A stretch of DNA of 64,000 nt from Owenia fusiformis (Eukaryota): NCBI GenBank assembly GCA_903813345.2, contig CAIIXF020000001.1, positions 29,140,001-29,204,000 of the forward strand, written 5' to 3'. The translations under genes and the position numbers were made by a program. This document shows positions 11,901 to 25,000 of this stretch, piece by piece. The notes under the pieces were generated by a model. It was not told where the DNA came from, made no database searches, and saw only the letters and a list, made by a program, of their open reading frames with translations. How positions within the stretch are numbered: the first letter of the stretch is position 1; every line of letters starts with the position of its first letter.

Positions 11901-12556
11901 AATAGAATAGAAACCATAGAAGGGCAGCCTGACTTACATTGAAGGCCATTGAACTTTTAGTTCCCTGGGACCTTTAACCATCATTTGAACATCAGCTATT
12001 CATAAACTGATAAACCCACACGTCTTACTTTTCTTTTGTATTAAAAAAATCTACACCCAATCAAAAAACATTTACTTCATCATTTTAATAAAACATTGAA
12101 AAATCATTATTACTCACACAAGCCTAGTTGTTGTCCTTGTTATATGAGTTGTCCATGTGGGTTGGTATTATTCAAACAAGGCACTTGAGCATGTATGATT
12201 CTGAACACTTTTACAAAACATGATGAACATTGTTTTATACATGTATTACTCACTCAGTTTGACCATGGGCTTTCAACTAACTCTAGTTGAAAGCCCTTGG
12301 TTTGACTGAATGAAATGATATGTGGCAGTTAGTGCTATTTGGTATTTGGTCTTCAAGTGAAAAAAAATTTAAGGCCTTTAAAGTGAAAGTTTCATGCACT
12401 GTCAATATCATAGAGATCATTAAGAAGCCAATCTTATTTGTCAGAATCAGAGTGTTTTAAAGCTATAATCTGTGTGTTGTAAAGCTCAAAATATCTGAGT
12501 GATGCCATGTAGATAGGCATCATCTGTGGTCGTACACATACAAGAGTACAGACACT

Positions 12557-15500
12557 CTAAAGTTTTCTAGGAAGCATTGTATGCTGGTACAGTCCTTTGG
12601 CATTAGCCTCAATGAATGTCAGTGTCATATTGCTTGGGGTTGCTTCAATGTAGGCAAATCCCCCGAGTGACAAAATATCCGCCCAATGGAATTTCAAGCT
12701 GTTTTCGGGTACAGCAGTCTTATGTGCCAGGGAGGGGTCCACAAAGTTGGCTGAGCCTATCACAAAGTACTCAACAAGTGAGCCTGCACTTGTGTACTGT
12801 AGATGCTGCAAGATAATGAAAGGGGTTTTTGAATCTAGGGTACCATACAGTACCAAAAAAAGCTACAGTGCAGTGGCGTAGCCAGGATTTGTCCATTAAA
12901 TTGGCTTCAAAATGACCAGAAATTCCCCTAAATGACCCTGTACCGAGGGTTGAAGAGGCGACTTTTGGATAGGTTGTGCATGAAGCGTGGATCGGGGTTC
13001 CATGCCCCAGAAAATTTTCAAATTTAGACCCTCTCTGGTGCATTCTGAACATATCTCAACACAATATTCCCAATAATAAAATAAGAAAAAATCGTGTTTC
13101 GAAAACTAGCTTGACTTTGACTAAAAAAATTTGATTTTTACTATACTATACATTTTGCACTTATTCTTCAAAGTAGCCTATTTACATACTGTATGGGTTC
13201 CTGAGAAACTATAGTATAGAAATAAATATAATATGTGAAATGAGATCTTCTATGCTTGATGTAGACTAGATTATGACACAGTATCATTTCTGTCATTATT
13301 ACACTTTGACTTAATTAGCTCCAGAGCTTTCAATTCTAGGCTCGGATTCAAATCTAAAAAGATCTGGGAAAAGGGGGGGCGGTCCCCCCAACACCCTCCC
13401 CCTTCTGACGCCAATGCTGTACCCACACACTTTATTCAAGGACACCCCTGGATTCTGAAACTTTGCAATCTTATGTAACTTTCTATGATGAACAAACTGA
13501 TATATTGCACGATGGCAATGCTACATCTATGATTTTAGAGGGGGTACATACATATGAAACACAATGTATGTTTCCTTGTTTCAGTTTACAAAGATGTTGA
13601 CTTCAGACTAGACTCATTTGAAGTCAACCTGACCTGAATATCTAGGTTGTCAAGTAATAAAATCTAATAGCTCCGCCTAGTTCTTTCATGTGAGATGGGT
13701 TTCAAAGGAAGAATCACTGCCTTGGGATGGGGAATTCACAGTGAGGAAAAAATGAGATGTACATATACAAGGGGTGACCATAAAGTTCTCATAACAACTC
13801 CCTATTTTTAAAAATATATTATACCAAAATGTTCATAGAATGATATACTTGTAGCTTACAGTACTCCAAATTGGGCAAATAACAAAGAAGCCTACCTGTA
13901 GGTTATGGTCGTGACCACTTATATAGGCTGTCACCTTGTACTTGTGAAGCATGGGCTGAAGTCTCTGTAAAAGCTGCTCTGTGGGACCATGCTCTGCTAC
14001 TGAGTATACTGGAAAGTGGCCCCCTACTATCACATAGTCAGCTCTGGAATATTAAAATAACTGAATGCAAGTGAACGCTAATGATTTTTTATCAAAGGAC
14101 AGGGAAAAGTTTATAAATTTTTCAGTCACTTAGTTTTTGAGGGATCTAAATGTTAGGTGATAGAATATATTCAACTTGATTGACTGAACTTGGTTCAGAT
14201 GAAAAACCATCCTATTGTCCCTGTAAAAATCAACTTTTTTGTAGTCTCTGGTCTCAATTAGTATAAGATAATATATTCACAAGAAGTTCCCAATACTTTT
14301 GATTCACTGTTGTCAGGCAAAAAAAACTAAAAAAAACAGATCATTTTTACAAACAATTGAGAACCATGAAATTGAATATTTTCCCAGAGGGAAACTAAAT
14401 CGAACTTTGTACTTTGTACAAGTTAAGCCGAATTTCTAGGAACTGTATTAATCATATTAATTGGTAAGTGAGGCGGTTATCTGATAAGGCTGCCATACTT
14501 GTAAGGAAATGCTTATCTGGCCATATGTTCTTTATTTGTCATGTGGACCTGCTCTAAATAAAGGACAACTTACTTGTGTGTAGTGAATTTCACCAAAATG
14601 TCATTCACCAATAAGGGAAGAATTATTCAAATATTGACAATTGGGGAAAAGCTAAATTACTTTACTTGTTCAGGGAGGAAGTAAATTGCAATTTCGTTAC
14701 ATAAAATGTTCATTTTTTATTAATTAAATCAAGAATATAAAAAATCAGAATTTTTTGTCCCTATATTTCATATCATGGAAAATGATGTGACATACTTATA
14801 GCTATTGATTAGCTGACTTTCAATCCAAGCCCATTGCTTCTCAGCTGCAGCTACGTCTTCAGGACCTTTGGGTGGTTCCCCACTGAAGTCATGGTCTGTG
14901 TTCCCACAGAGTGTGACAGTGTCAATCATGATGAAGCTGACTAGACTCTTAGTACCAGGTATGGTGTAGTTGAAAGAATAATAGAGGTTCGGAAACATCC
15001 TGAAAGTATTAGAGAAAGGTATACACTAAACTAAAAGAGCCCAAGGTCCCCCCCGACCTACCCCTAATATATGGCAATGACATATATCACATAAGCATGA
15101 GACATCTATACATGAAAAATTTCTTTCATATATACTGTTCCTGTCCATATCTTTACTCAATACTTCATTTTTCCTAAACAATGATGCCATCTATGGTACA
15201 TGTATATCATTGAAATATTCTGTTAGGTTTTCTATGATTTTTCCAATAAAGGAGGATTAAAATTATAATTACCATCGTTTGGAATGCTGAGTGTAAGCAA
15301 TCTGTGCTGACACATTTCCATTGTGGTCATGATTGCCTGCCACAAAGTACCAGGAATTCTGTAGTGACCCAGCTGTAAATGTGTTTTCAAAGGTCTCCTG
15401 AGAAAAAGGACACACATACTTTATACAATCATTGGATTATATTATCCACATATGTATCCTATAAAAACCATTATATCACATGTTATGCTACAATAATGCT

Positions 15501-18233
15501 ACAAGTAAACGGACACTGAAATGTAACAAGTTCGGAAACAACCGAATGTTACAAGTTAGACACTGTTATCAGAAATATCCTGAAACGTAACAAGTTGGAC
15601 ACTGTAATCAGAAATGTAAAAGTCACTGTAATGTATAATAATTATAAGGCACTGTAATAAGTTATAAGACACTCCAATGCAATGAGATAAAATTATACTG
15701 TAATGTTACAAGAAAAAACAGTAGACAATCCAATTTAGTGTTATCCACAGTATCGTCCTGCTGTTGACCAGCGAGGTTCTGTGCAGTAGGTTTGAGGCCA
15801 ATATAAAGATGGCAGTAATGGTTTGTCTTTTACATAACGGTGTAAATGGGCCACCACTGCCATCGTCATATGAGTCTAAACCATTCTGCAAAACTAAGAT
15901 GAAAATAATCAATTTAACGGAGTAAACACTCCCTGGGGGCATCTGTCAACTTAGTTACAAAGCAATGAATTCATTGAAGCAAGCTTTTTTTAAGTATGAC
16001 CACTTTCAAGCCATGACTGACTGTTCATGAGCAATAATACCTCAAAAAAATCAGGTATATTTTAATTCATTAAATCTTTTTTGTCTACAGATTATACTCC
16101 TCTCGGAATCATCTTACTTTGTGTTCCCAATTGCTCAATTTAATTAAATTTACAACAAAAACAATTTAATAATCTATATACATATGTACTGACCTGAAAC
16201 CTTTTGTCACTAATGTCCTTTACACCATCAAAGTAAAAATTATCCCCCAGTGCGACTTGGAACTGTGTCTTCAGATTGCCTGCTACTTTGCCCATTTGAC
16301 TGGCCACGCCCAGTTCAATTGGTGTCCTATATGGGAAGTCAGGGAGTCCACCCCAATCCCCGAGTGCCAGGAATTTCAATGATGATACATTCTGACTAGA
16401 AGCTGAAAAAATTGTATATATTTTGTACTCTACATGTAAGCATGGGCTTTCAATTGGTTTTAAAAGAATAAATTTGTGACCCTGTAAAATTAGGGTGCTC
16501 TCAGGATTAAGCATTGGAAGGTAAATTGCACATATACAGTGTGCATGTATGGCATGCTCTTTTGCTATCTTTGATCCTGCATTTAACTTACAATAGCTTC
16601 ACCCGTCCCCATCTACTGAAGTGTTATTAATAGGCATTACCAAAAAATTTCTATTGTTATGATAGACTTGACAAACTACATTATCATCCAAACATTCTTG
16701 ATTAGATGCTCTTTAAAGTTTAAGTGCTGATAAAGTGATCAAAATCCTTATTTGGAAGCCACAAGATATCAAACACCAACCTTGTCTAACTACAAGCCTT
16801 GACGTCACAATATATTGACAACATGTCAGAGAAGCATCAAAATATAAGAGGCCACAGTTTTGTTAGCCAAACCACACAGACCCCAAGCTAGATCCAGTCC
16901 TAATTGGTAATAGGCTCGATGAAATAATGAGAAAATCGAACACAAAACCAAAAATGGTACATCCAAAAATGCCCACCCAAAAATATGACCGTCATACTGA
17001 CCTTTACCTTCATTGTCTCTCAAGTATTGAGTGATCAATAGTTGCCCTTCATATTTCAGTTTGAATGGTTACATGTTACTCACTTAGAGAGCCATGTTAG
17101 ACTTTGAAACTCATGGCTCTCCAACGGAGAAATGGACAGCTGAATAATAGTGACCTTTGAAACACAAATTAAGTTGATCCGGGGCATACTTTTGTTCTCT
17201 AACTATGTCATACATCATTATCATCCTTCCATGCAAGTATTGGAGCGCTGAAGTACTTCCTTTTTGATCAAGACTTGTAATTGTTAGTCGAGTGAATGTT
17301 TTTTTCTGCCAAATTCTAATATGGCGTTTTCTGCTCAGACATTTTCATAAATCTCCGGAGGTTGTCCGAGCCTAACTTATTCTCAAAATTCATTTCGTTC
17401 GTTGCGTATCTCGCTCCTAGCAAACTGCCATATTGGAAATGGGTCGAAAAAACATTCACTGGATGAACAATTTATAAGTCTGTTTGAAAAAGAAGTATTT
17501 CAGCGCTCCAATACTTACATGGATTAATGATACTGGTGTAAGACACAGTTAGAGACCAAAAGTAAGCCGCAGATCTCACTATTCATGTTTTAAAGGTCAC
17601 TATTATATAGCTGTCCAAGTGCGCCGTGGGAAAGCTAATATATCAAAATCCACATAGCTTTCGCAGGAATTAAGTTACATGATGATATCAACTAGAGTTT
17701 TCCCGGGACAATTGTTTCAAATTTTTTAGACCAGAAAGATAATGTCTAGATTTGGTAGTTTCCAGCAATGTTCGATGCTTTTCATCTGTTAATTTACGTC
17801 ACATCACAGCGTACAGCCAATGAGAGCAGATAATCAAGTAGCCTAAACAAACAGTGATTGTTTAGAGTTTCTCAGTATTACAGGCCTGTAGCCAGTCATC
17901 TGGAGTGGGACCACGCTGATCCATTGAGTTAATACTACTTTCCCCTTGGCTTATGGCCGGACTATTTACTTGTTGAATTAAGTACATCATGGGCTTTCAA
18001 TATTGAAAATGAATTATAAAAATATTTTGTCCCTTTGTAAATTTTCAGGGGCGCCCATTACAGTTTACAACCGGTCCCTAAAGCTTCTTCTTGCTACTGA
18101 ATCTTTAAAATGGTAACTGTAATGATTCTACAAATGACAAGAAAAGAAACATATACATACCTGCCTGGAAAGAGCTGATTGAAACCAAAAAAACAAGAAG
18201 ATTTCGTAAGTTTTTAAAAAGTTTGTCATCCAT
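12557..18233 (-). CDS. ACP5: Tartrate-resistant (purple) acid phosphatase type 5-like, ~335 aa
   Basis: Six phase-consistent GT-AG exons: 18233-18161, 16402-16194, 15397-15273, 14999-14796, 14043-13896, 12805-12557 (1008 nt). Probable signal peptide and all metal-ligand motifs GDWG, GDNFY, GNHD, VGGH, GHDH. Confidence 0.92.
12871..13416. mobile_element. MITE-like element (CAGTGGCGTAGCC... terminus) in ACP5 intron 5
   Basis: Starts CAGTGGCGTAGCCAGG and ends with degenerate inverse ...CTGACGCCAATG; G/C-run subterminal sequence. Confidence 0.4.
17121..17630. repeat. Foldback / long imperfect inverted repeat (MITE-like) in ACP5 intron 1
   Basis: Arm ~17133-17305 (TGGACAGCT...GTGACCTTT...AAGTATTGGAGCGCTGAA...GTGAATGTTTTTT) is an imperfect reverse complement of ~17447-17617. 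Confidence 0.75.
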
Positions 18234-18241
18234 TTTGATCA

Positions 18242-18294
18242 GTCACATGACTTGTGAGTCACATGACATGCTCCACTTACTATTTACTTCCTCT
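18242..18294 (-). promoter_or_regulatory. ACP5 proximal motif cluster: two M-box/CLEAR sites, AP-1, Ets
   Basis: GTCATGTGAC (minus strand) at 18242-18251 and 18258-18267; TGAGTCA at 18255-18261; AGAGGAAGT (minus) at 18286-18294; all within ~60 bp of the ATG. Confidence 0.55.
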
Positions 18295-19282
18295 GAACTT
18301 GATAACTTTTTACAAATGCTCGTAAACAGTACAAAACTCGTCAGTATACGACAAATCCAAGCTATTACAATGGAGAGGTAAGTGTACTTTGAGAAGAATT
18401 ACAGTATATTTAGGAATTTGGAACCTTGTTTGGTGTGGAATTTTACTTATATGTCAATATTGTGGAGATATTTTCAACTTCATTATTTTCAAGTTCAACA
18501 GAACTTGGTTGAACTAAATTGTGTAGGCGACCCTTACCACGTTTGTTCTATTTCTGACATCTATATCTCTGATTGTATACATATATCAACACTTAAAAGT
18601 CCAACTACTAGTCTTTTCCAACTCTTGAGACACTTGCGTTGAGTCACTCTCCCCCGGGCCTTCCCCCGTGGGCTTCTCAATCACAAGCTGTATGCTACGA
18701 TTGACTTTTTGTGAGTCTGTCAAACTTTTACAAGCAGTCAAATGACCACATTGCATTTGGAGATATACATATATATTTTAGAGATAACAATTTATAAGTT
18801 CTGGGTTCAAAGTATTACCATGGCCTCTACCACCTGATAGAGCCCATGGTATTACTGGGTAAAAACAGAGACATACGGTAGTTTGTATAATTGTAGTCTG
18901 CCCATGCCCTGATAACACAGTGGCCGTGCTTTAATAAATTCTATAATATAATATTTATATGTTTCTGGTAAAAAGGCATTGGGCGATGAGCGTAAACTGA
19001 GGTCTACAGGGCAGGCCATCATGCAGTTTATCACAGTATTATTTTGAATATAATGAGTTAAATATATAGTGAATTAAGTAGCTACACGAAGGAGAGGCCC
19101 TTAGCCAAAGGGTTCAGGGGATCTCCCTCCCTCCCTGACCAAAAATTCTTTCAAATTCATGCAGTTTTTCACTATTCTGAGCACTTTTCAAGTGGTTTTG
19201 GCTATTTTTGGGGCAAATTTGTTAAAAGTGAGCCCCCCTGGAATTTTTTAAAAAGTGACCCCCCTTGGCAAAAGCTGACTAC

Positions 19283-21033
19283 TATAAAATACCATCCAAT
19301 AACCCGGAAGTGAATTATAGAAATATAGGTAGCGTGAGCCAGAACAAAGAGAGATTGGACTAGTACTTCATAAGAAATTACTAATGAGGTAAGTGATGAA
19401 TCGGTGTCGGGAATATGATGGAATGATAGGTCTAGTGTAAAAGGGTGAAGTTACAAGGTGAAATATAAACCTACACAAATACAACACAGCAAGCTAAAAA
19501 GAATAAGGGATTAGGTACTTTAAATATCACCACACCAACTACCAACTAATAGTAAATCACACAAGAAATATATTCATTCAATAAAGTCTATTCTATTATA
19601 CTTGCGTTTTATGTCACAACTGAAATATATATGTACAATGCGAATAAATAGTATTTAAATTATATAGATTATAATTTACATAAATGCTTAATGTCTTTAA
19701 ATCTATTAGAATGAAATTAAACTCAATAACGCTGAAATCTGCAGTCTGATAAAATGTCTTCAAAATTATGACCGGGATACTACTTCCAATCAGAACAGAA
19801 TTGCCAACAACGATCTTGTAATAAAGTTGAATTTTATGCCCTCTATAAATTCAGTCGGGAACTAATAGCATGAAAAGTGACGTCAGCTATGCGTTAAAAG
19901 CCCGAACGAGATTTTGATAAATGGGAAAGAGCTGTGAACTTTCAACCGTCAAAGACTAAGGATGTTATTTTAAACACCAGAGGTGCAAACTCAATGGAAT
20001 GTGCCCGTAAGGACTTCTTTCAATTACGATTAATATTCAAGTTCAAGTTAAAAGCTGTCTAGGATACAATAATCCACAAAGATGCTCAAGTTTTAACGAA
20101 TGAATCCTAGACTTCAAAAGTGACGTATGTGATCACGTGACTAAGTCGTCTGCTCCCCAAAGTTATGATTTAATTTGATCAATATTTCCCTATAATTGAT
20201 AACGTGAATCTCTATTCTGTACTATCTTGAACCTTCCCAGCATATGGGCTTATCAGGACAAACTCCCAATCTTGTTCAACTGTTACAGACTGCAGATTAA
20301 CACCGTTAGAAAATATGTGCGGGAAAAAATGAAAGTTTCAAAATGTTTCTTCAAAGTTCAATTATCGATCAATATTACTGTCTTAAATCCCTTCACTCCC
20401 TTATGGAATGCTATGGATTTCTATACAGTACTAAAAATTAACTTACCCAAACGCCAACACCCCGCTTTTGGTCAAAAATTACGTTGCTCATGAATCCGTG
20501 GTGAATGTAGCCCAACTTCTCGAGATGTGTTCAAAGCCAAGGGTACTGTGCTGTGGCGAGTATTTTCCGAATCTTAGCTCAGCGGTGCGGGAATTGTTAC
20601 ATTGTATCCGCAAAATGCACTTGTTTATATAGCAACAAATGGACATACGCAATTTCGGGGACGACGTAGGGAGAAATATATGTAATGTTACTAAAAATGG
20701 GATATTACCAAGGTTTTTAGAGCTACTTAGGGTAGTAAAAAAGGCAGAAAGAGCAGCTTATTGGACAGGAATTATGAGGTAGGGACTGAGAAAATGATGT
20801 CACTTTGAAAAGTGACGCAAAGTTGAGACTGCAAATTCAGCGCTTTACAATGATAAATAGGTTTTCTCTATAAATATACTAGCTCTGATACGATGATTCT
20901 GGCATACGTATTGCAATAATGTGATCATGTTAAAGGGACAGGATATGGTTAAATACTGATTATAGATATTAAAGGGACACACACTGGATAAATACGATAT
21001 AATAAATAGCTATATACAGGGTGGGTCTCTACA
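19283..21033 (-). repeat. 3' LTR (1751 bp)
   Basis: Direct repeat of 29228-30978 at offset 9945; no mismatch noticed by eye; termini TG...TA on the element strand. Confidence 0.95.
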
Positions 21034-21037
21034 ACTA

Positions 21038-21047
21038 CCCCCTTCTT
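21038..21047 (-). other. Polypurine tract
   Basis: AAGAAGGGGG preceded by a T-run, 4 nt upstream of the 3' LTR on the minus strand. Confidence 0.8.
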
Positions 21048-21157
21048 AAAAAATTCAGTTTTGTCCTCAAACATAAAAATCAAGCTAATTAAGCTAACCG
21101 CCTCACTGTATTCAGGAGAATTTACATTAACAAGTCACAACAAATCACCCAAAAAGT

Positions 21158-21667
21158 CTATGCACTGTTCAAAAAGTCTAAGTCCAGCCCCTCCAAGTCT
21201 ACATCCGGCCCTTCCAGGTATTCTCCAACCGCTCTGCTGTCCATCCCCAGCAGAGGATCCCCGCTCTCCGCCAGCAATCCTCGGACCAGAGGGGAATCTG
21301 CTAGTTCCGGCCCGTCCTCTAAATCCCGCAGGGGATGCACAGCGGCTGTGAGCTGGGGCATCGAGATCGATGCGGGATCGACCCCCAGCTCCTGCCCCGT
21401 GCCATCCCCCTCCTTGGGTTGAGATCCTTTGGATTTCTTTCGGGGCGGCTCCTCGACGGTAGGGTGTCTGCGCCTATGGAAGGCCAGAGCCTCTGCATCT
21501 GATGGAGTAAAGGCAGCCGTACAACTTCCCACTCCGCAGGCCACGGAGGCATCATGGGAAAAACACCGGTGTAATTCCCAGTCCTCTCTAGAAACAAATT
21601 GCTTGAGGCACTTATAGTGGCGCCCAACGGGCCATCCCTGGGGTGGTTTACCAGCCATCTGGCACAC
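21158..21667 (-). CDS. Retrotransposon accessory ORF, exon 2: two C2H2 zinc fingers, NLS, acidic tail (putative transactivator)
   Basis: Starts exactly at acceptor TTTTATTTTGTTGTAG|GTG. C-x17-C-x3-F-x5-W-x2-H-x4-H and C-x4-C-x3-F-x7-L-x2-H-x3-H; PPRKKSK; C-terminal EYLEGPDVDLEGLDLDFLNSA. Confidence 0.75.
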   Translation of the reverse strand: MCQMAGKPPQGWPVGRHYKCLKQFVSREDWELHRCFSHDASVACGVGSCTAAFTPSDAEALAFHRRRHPTVEEPPRKKSKGSQPKEGDGTGQELGVDPASISMPQLTAAVHPLRDLEDGPELADSPLVRGLLAESGDPLLGMDSRAVGEYLEGPDVDLEGLDLDFLNSA

Positions 21668-22024
21668 CTACAACAAAATAAAACTCTTACCCTCTTTACC
21701 CTACTAGGAAGGTTTTAAGTATTTTTATACGAACCTCCCCTAGGGTCTTAAGGTACTAGTTTTCTTGATATTTAATTAATACATATATACTTGACCATAT
21801 TGAATTTAGAATGAACATCTTTTCATCCCTTTTTCAATCTATTCAAGTCTTTAAAAGTTAATCCTCTACGATCAAAAAGGGCTAAAAGAAAGTTTATAAG
21901 AACGGGTACAAGCCATAAGCACAAGTTAAATCACATTAAAGATAATCGTGAAAGTAATATAGATTAAATGTACATGATAAGAATATTAAGGCACTTGACT
22001 CGACTCGTGAAATCTAACATGGAG

Positions 22025-25000
22025 CTACTCTATAACATAATCAGTCAGCCACTCAGGTTTCTTTCGGGTCCTTTGCCTTCTAGAGTTCTCAATTTCGGGA
22101 GCATTCTCAAAATCTGAGGGTTGGGAATTCTCAACAGGGGTTTCAGTCTCTTGATCTAGACTCTCATTAGTATTTTGTGAAATGAATGTTTTGAGGCGAT
22201 CGTGGTGAATGACTCTTGTATCTCTCTCGTTAATTTTGATTAGATACCTTAAATCATCTATTTTCTCCGCCACCTCATAGGGTCCATGCCACTTTAGAGC
22301 AAACTTAGGAGTCTGGCCAACCTTCACAGCTGGTATATGGACCCAAACACGTGATCCCTTTTCGAATGACTTTAAATTTGCTTTGACATCATACCCTCTC
22401 TTCTGTCGGTCACTAGATAATTGGATATTGCCGCGAGCCGCCTCGTGAATATTGAGTAGAACTTCTTGTAATTTCTCACAGTATTTTGTATGACATGTGC
22501 TATCAAGTTCTCCCCTCTCAATTTCAGGAGGAGGCCCGAGCAACAGATCGGTGGAGGTCCGAACCTCCCTTCCGAACATCAGAAAATTTGGGCTGTAGCC
22601 AGTAGTAGCATGAACAGCACTGTTGTAAGCAGAAACAACAAAGGGGAGACATCGGTCCCAGTCCCTCTGATCGGATGCAACAATTTTAGACAACATAGCC
22701 TCCACAGTCCTGTTTGATCTTTCTACCATACCATCAGACTGTGGATGATATGGAGTCGTTCTTGTCTTACTCATGCGGAACATTTCACATAATTCTTTAA
22801 ATAGTTTTGATTCAAACTGGGCTCCTTGGTCGGAATGAATTTGAAGAGGTGACCCATAAATACAAATGAAATGGTGCAGCAGAGCTTCTGCCACCGTGGC
22901 AGCTTCTTGATTAGGGACGGGAACCAATGCCAGGACCTTCGTGAAATAATCTTCAATTGATACCACATACTTGTTCCCAAATAGACTTTCTGGTAAAACT
23001 CCCAAAATATCGATGGCTATCCTCTCAAGAGGAGCACCCACATTGTATTGTTTCATTGGTGTTCGATGTTTCTTATTGGGTGGATTTCTCCTCTGACACA
23101 ACAGGCACCCCGCTACCCATCTAGCAAGGTCAGACTTGAAACCAACCCAATAGTATTTGGCCCTCAAACGATCAAGAGATTTATTGACCCCGAAATGCCC
23201 ACTGTCAAGAGCCCCATGAGTCATTTTTAAAATGGTTTGGCGCATATTTTCAGGCACCACGATTTGCCAGCTAATGATCCCAGTGTCAGTATCTACCCAT
23301 TTCCGATAAATAATTCCCTGTTCCAATTTGAACCTGTCCCACTGAGACCAGTAATGTTTAAAGGTAGGTGATTTGTCTGATACGTCTGCCCAGTCAGGTC
23401 GGTTCCCCACCTTAAGCCAATTTTTGATTGTTAAAAGACATGGATCCTGAGCCAAGGCCTCTTCATACTCTTTGAGAGATATTCCCGGTGCCCAAGTGCA
23501 CCCTGAAACAGGAAGATTCCTCAATTTGAGAGTATGAACAAGCTCTGGCTCTAAGTTTGAGTCAAAGATCACGTCAAAACTTCTAAGAAGCAAGTTAGCC
23601 TCAGGATCAGTCAAGGCTTCCTCCTTCCCAGGAACTCTACCCAGTTTCTCTTGTCTTTCGCAATATGCACAGTCAGTACAGGGACGTCTAGACATTCCGT
23701 CGGCGTTCAGATGTTTTGTACCAGGTCGATGTTCAATTTTGAAGTCATATTGCCCCAATAACTCTAACCACCGGGCAATCTGTCCTTCAGGATGTTTAAA
23801 CCTCAACAACCAAGCCAAAGAGCCATGATCCGTTCTGACTTTGAAACGACTGCCGTAAAGGTAATGGTGAAACACTTTAACAGCCCTCACTATAGCCAAC
23901 AATTCCAATCTAGTGACACAATAGTTACGCTCAGGTTTGGACAATGATTTGCTATAATGACTGACAACTTTCATTTCACCATCAACTTCCTGTTGTAACA
24001 CAGCACCAACCTGACAAGCAGAAGCATCAGTATCCAAGATAAACTCTTTGGACTTATCTGGGTAGGCCAACAATGCAGAACTCAAATAAAGTCTCTTCAA
24101 TTCCTCAAAGGCAAATTGACAATCCCCTGACCAGACAAATGGAACACCTTTCTCAGTAAGTTTGAACAAGGGTCTAGCCAGTCCTGAAAAACCTGGAATG
24201 AACTTCCTATAATAAGAACAGTAGCCTACAAAGGACTGGATTTGTTTCACAGTACGAGGAACAGGCCATTTCACAATTGCCTCAGTTTTCTTTCGATCAA
24301 TTTTTACTCCATCTTCAGACACAACATGACCCAAATAGGATACTTCTTTTTGAAACAACTTACATTTTTTCGGGGACAATTTCAACCCAGAACTTCTCAA
24401 TTTTTCAAAGACTTGACCTAATTTTTCCAAATGACTTTCAACGTCCTTGCTGAATACAATTATATCATCGAGATAGACTAAACACATCTCCGGAGACAAA
24501 CCAGCAAACACGCATTCCATAAGCCTCTGAAAAGTGGCTGGGGCATTAGCCAGACCGAACGCCATTACATTAAATTCATACAAACCATGTTTGGTGCAGA
24601 AAGCGGTCTTTTCAGCGTCAGCATCGTCCATAGCTATCTGCCAAAACCCACTAGCCAAGTCAAGTACAGTGAAGTATTTAGAACCGCACAAAGAGTCCAA
24701 AGTATCATCAATTCTGGGCAACGGATATGCGTCTTTGATGGTGACGTCATTAAGTTGTCTGAAATCTATACAGTACCTATAGCTACCATCCTTCTTTGGC
24801 ACCATCACAACAGGTGAGGCCCAAGGACTTTTGGATGGCTTAACTATGTCATGTTCAATCATCTCGTCCAAGGCCTTGTCATAATCAGTCTGTTTAGACA
24901 AAGGCACACGTCTAACAGGTTGTTTGATGGGTCGGGCATTTCCGGTGTCAATTTTATGCTTTATAACTTCCGTCTTTCCTAAATCAAATTTAGATTTCGC

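Noticed and set aside
12263-12300. Stem-loop ~260 nt past the ACP5 stop as an iron-responsive element
   Set aside because: Hairpin is real (CCATGGGCTTTCAACTA/TAGTTGAAAGCCCTTGG) but lacks the CAGUGH loop and C bulge; CATGGGCTTTCAA recurs at ~16441 and ~17988, suggesting repeat origin.
18369-18383. ATGGAGAG|GTAAGT as first exon of a divergent plus-strand gene sharing the ACP5 promoter
   Set aside because: Good donor, but no convincing downstream coding exons were found; unsupported without transcripts.
20227-20493. 88-aa plus-strand ORF duplicated at 30172-30438
   Set aside because: Duplicated only because it lies in the LTRs; TTG start, antisense to the element, no recognisable motif.
21158-21667. 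Third gypsy ORF as env
   Set aside because: Too short; no signal peptide, furin site or TM helix; has C2H2, NLS and acidic features instead.
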